A DNA stretch of 50,740 nucleotides from Candidatus Altiarchaeales archaeon ex4484_2 (lineage in GTDB: Archaea > Altiarchaeota > Altiarchaeia > IMC4 > QMZM01). A program made the translations under genes and the position numbers. A model generated the notes under the pieces. The model was not told where the DNA came from. It ran no database searches and worked only from the letters and a program-made list of their open reading frames with translations. Positions 48,041 through 50,740 of the stretch are shown here, piece after piece; the first letter of the stretch is position 1, and the number at the start of each line of letters is the position of its first letter. The DNA is taken from NCBI GenBank assembly GCA_002254565.1, contig NJEG01000030.1:1-50740 (forward strand). The letters are read 5' to 3'.

Positions 48041-49216
48041 TCAACCCCTCACCAGTTCATTCCATAAATGTAGATATTCATTTGCGATTATCTTGATATC
48101 ATGGTTATGAGATATAGAATCTCTAGCATGTTTATGCAACCTTCGATCTTCATTGGTTATTATTTCTAAAATCCTTTTGACCATTTCCTCCTTACTCTTG
48201 GTTATATAACCGTTGATTCCGTTTTGAATAACTTCTTCAGCACCTTTAACATCATTTGTTACTACTGGGATACCATATGCCATAACCTCTAACCACGTTA
48301 AAGGAGGGGCAACAATAGAATCCTTGACCAAAACAGGACAAATAAAAACATCTGATGCATTAACTAACCCGATGAAGTCCTCATTAGTCCCAGTTGATAT
48401 AATTTTTATATTTTCTGACTGGTATTTTAGATATTCTTTTCTAAAATGAACGTGTTTAAAACAGAATATAAAAGTACACTCATCTGTGAGCTTCAAGATC
48501 TCATTAGCCACATCAATCGAATAGAAAAAATCTTGTAAAGAGGTTTGCTGAAGAAATCCTGACCACAAAACGATTTTAGATTCGGGATTAATGTTCATTT
48601 GTTCTCTTGTATCTTCTCTTAATTCTAGTTTTGGTTTAATCTTGAGAGTATTCACTCCCCAACAAATTTTTTTTATTTTGTTCTTATCGAAGCCCAATTC
48701 AACTAATTTATGCATAAAAGATGATGATGAGGCAACTATGGTCTTGAAAGGACTTAAACTCAATTTAAGAAACAGATCATATCCAAAATAACGTGGGTGA
48801 TAGCTTATTGCAGACACAGTAGATGGTGCTTTTAGTGGTACTAATTTCATGAACGACATTATTGGACCATAATTATCTATGAAATGGACAATGTCAATAT
48901 CATTATTATAGGAAATTTTCCTCACTTCTTTGAGAATCTTTATAAAAGATAAACTCTTACTTATATAATTATTTGTAGAAGCGAGTTTAATATCACTAAA
49001 TCTCCTTTCAAATATGGGAAATGGAGTAGGCGATAGATTATATAACCATATATTTGGCTCATAAAATTGCTTTCCTTTTGAATAGTCAGAGTTTAAAGAG
49101 AGTATGTGGATCTCTTCTATTTTAGATTTTAATTCTTCTACCAATTCAAGCCAGAAGTTCTTGTCACCCTCATGTCTTTTCAGTAAAAATCTGCTCCCAA
49201 CCATCAGCAACTTCAA
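48041..49216 (-). CDS. GT4 family glycosyltransferase
   Basis: SDVFICP, PLT.LE.MA.G.PV and I.NG.NG. Start probably TTG 49216 after GGGGTGA. Confidence 0.85.
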   Translation of the reverse strand: MKLLMVGSRFLLKRHEGDKNFWLELVEELKSKIEEIHILSLNSDYSKGKQFYEPNIWLYNLSPTPFPIFERRFSDIKLASTNNYISKSLSFIKILKEVRKISYNNDIDIVHFIDNYGPIMSFMKLVPLKAPSTVSAISYHPRYFGYDLFLKLSLSPFKTIVASSSSFMHKLVELGFDKNKIKKICWGVNTLKIKPKLELREDTREQMNINPESKIVLWSGFLQQTSLQDFFYSIDVANEILKLTDECTFIFCFKHVHFRKEYLKYQSENIKIISTGTNEDFIGLVNASDVFICPVLVKDSIVAPPLTWLEVMAYGIPVVTNDVKGAEEVIQNGINGYITKSKEEMVKRILEIITNEDRRLHKHARDSISHNHDIKIIANEYLHLWNELVRG

Positions 49217-49217
49217 T

Positions 49218-50408
49218 TTAATCACCCCTAAACAGTTTAAAGTATTCATTAATGAATTTCTGAGACATATAAAAGTTTTCATATGCTTCCTTCGCTTTCG
49301 AAGAATAATGTTCTTTTTTAAAATTTACTATTGTTGTTCTCAACTCTTCATCATCATTGTAAACTAGATTTTTATTTACTTTTTCTACAATCTCAGGCAG
49401 ACCCCCTACATTGGAAGATATAATTGGGGTTCCAACAGATAAGGCTTCAAGAGCAGTTAATGGACAATTTTCTGGCCATATGGATGGCATTATCAATGCC
49501 AAGGCATTTTTATATAGTGAATATAGTTTGTTCCTGTCGCACCATCCTAGGTAAATAATTTTTTCTTCTGAATCATTTGAATTTATAAATTTGATGATAT
49601 CCCTCTCTAAACTTCCTTTTCCGGCAATTATAAGTCTGGCGTCAATTTCACCCCGGTATTTTTTGAATACCTCCAACAAATTCATTATTCCCTTATGTTT
49701 CTCTAAAACACCGACATAAAGAAAATAATTAAGATATTCAGAGTTTTCTATATCCTTGGGCGGGGATGGGATGAAGTTGGGTATATGTGTAATTCTTACT
49801 GTACCTAATTCGCTTGATAAACTATTTTTTACATATTCACTTGGAGTTATTATACAATCCAAAGAAGAGATAGATTCTTTAAATCCATTAAAATTTCTCC
49901 ATAGCTGGTAAGGTCTCTTAGATCTAAGAGAGCATAAGAAACAAGATTTATTTATGCAAGGTTCTTTTCCATATTTTAGCAAATTGTTCATCTGGCATAT
50001 GAGCCAATAATCATGGGCGGTATACAGGTTGATATAAACTCCCACTTTTTTAAATAATTGATAGCCAAGCAAAGAAATATTGTGATGATGAACAACATCT
50101 GGTGAGACATCCTTAACAATCTTTGAAAATTTTTTAGTTACATAATGGGAGTTTCCAAGGGTATAAACAGATACAGGATCAAGTTTTCCAAAGGGTGATT
50201 TGAGTGGGTGAATATGAACTTGTCTATCTTCTTTTTTTTCTGGAAGTTTTTTCCTTTTCAATCGATAAGCATCCAGGCTATGCATCACATGAACTTCATG
50301 ACCTCTTTTCACTAGCTCTTCTGCTAGAAGTTTTACATGAACTGCATCCCCACCAATATGATATGGTGGGTAAAAGGTTGAGGTCATAAGAAATGTTATG
50401 GTTTCCAT
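49218..50408 (-). CDS. GT4 family glycosyltransferase
   Basis: YPP..IGG, TAHDYWLIC, YVG.L...KG, PSIWPENCP...LEA...G.P and GGLPE. Confidence 0.92.
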   Translation of the reverse strand: METITFLMTSTFYPPYHIGGDAVHVKLLAEELVKRGHEVHVMHSLDAYRLKRKKLPEKKEDRQVHIHPLKSPFGKLDPVSVYTLGNSHYVTKKFSKIVKDVSPDVVHHHNISLLGYQLFKKVGVYINLYTAHDYWLICQMNNLLKYGKEPCINKSCFLCSLRSKRPYQLWRNFNGFKESISSLDCIITPSEYVKNSLSSELGTVRITHIPNFIPSPPKDIENSEYLNYFLYVGVLEKHKGIMNLLEVFKKYRGEIDARLIIAGKGSLERDIIKFINSNDSEEKIIYLGWCDRNKLYSLYKNALALIMPSIWPENCPLTALEALSVGTPIISSNVGGLPEIVEKVNKNLVYNDDEELRTTIVNFKKEHYSSKAKEAYENFYMSQKFINEYFKLFRGD

Positions 50409-50484
50409 AATCTCACTTCTTGGCAATTACTACATAATATAGGATAAATCTATTGAGCATACCAAAGCTTAAAGGGAATAAATA

Positions 50485-50740
50485 TGCTGTGTTGAATAAA
50501 TCGTAAAGTATTTCTTTGTGAAAAGGAAATAGCCATAGTGGGGAGACCACTATGGCTTATATTGATAATAGGGATTGGGGCATATATAATGAGCGGTTGG
50601 TCAAGAGGGGAGAGTTTTATCTGGGTTTGGATTTCTTGGAGAACTGGGGTAGGGAGCTGTCCCGGATGAATCGGGGGAAGAGGGGCGCTCCCTTCCAGTA
50701 TCCTGAGTCGTTCGCTCAGTTCAGTGGTTTGATGTATGAG
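50485..50740 (+). mobile_element. IS5 family (IS903-like) element, left end; runs off window
   Basis: TGCTGTGTTGAATAAATC (50485-50502) resembles the IS903 terminal inverted repeat and is followed by a transposase start. Confidence 0.8.
50552..50740 (+). CDS. IS5-family transposase N-terminus (partial)
   Basis: MAYIDNRDWGIYNERLVKRGE...MNRGKRGAPFQYPES, matching W..YN..L..RG and GRP..Y motifs. Confidence 0.85.
   Translation, partial: MAYIDNRDWGIYNERLVKRGEFYLGLDFLENWGRELSRMNRGKRGAPFQYPESFAQFSGLMYE

Overview
Archaeal chromosomal segment (TFB, aEF-2/aEF-1a, S4e, SUI1, Rpp29, RPA, CTP-dependent RibK). A euryarchaeal or Altiarchaeota-like anaerobe is my inference only. Layout: (1) 0-12 kb housekeeping genes, plus a small HxlR-linked operon encoding a stand-alone NrdD-type glycyl-radical peptide. 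(2) 12-15 kb redox cluster (TrmB/OxsR-like regulator, thioredoxin, ferredoxin:thioredoxin reductase, ferredoxins, HDAC-family protein). (3) 15.4-21.7 kb probable decayed island at the tRNA-Glu 3' end (dtxR-feoA-feoA-feoB, radical SAM, tsaA, pseudogene scars). (4) 21.9-34.3 kb ribosomal superoperon in which S14 runs directly into S7-EF2-EF1a-S10 and S3 carries a deletion. (5) 34-39.5 kb RPA, nitroreductase, Thr-rich surface protein and NDP-sugar epimerase. (6) 39.5-50.7 kb accessory region: an AbiE toxin-antitoxin pair bracketed by a 36-bp direct repeat of the epimerase 5' end, a DUF4143 ATPase, an AT-rich glycosylation cluster and the start of an IS5 element. Several small genes missing from the ORF track were read by hand (S14, ferredoxin, a 36-aa basic peptide, Gar1). 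All calls come from motif recognition; no searches were run.
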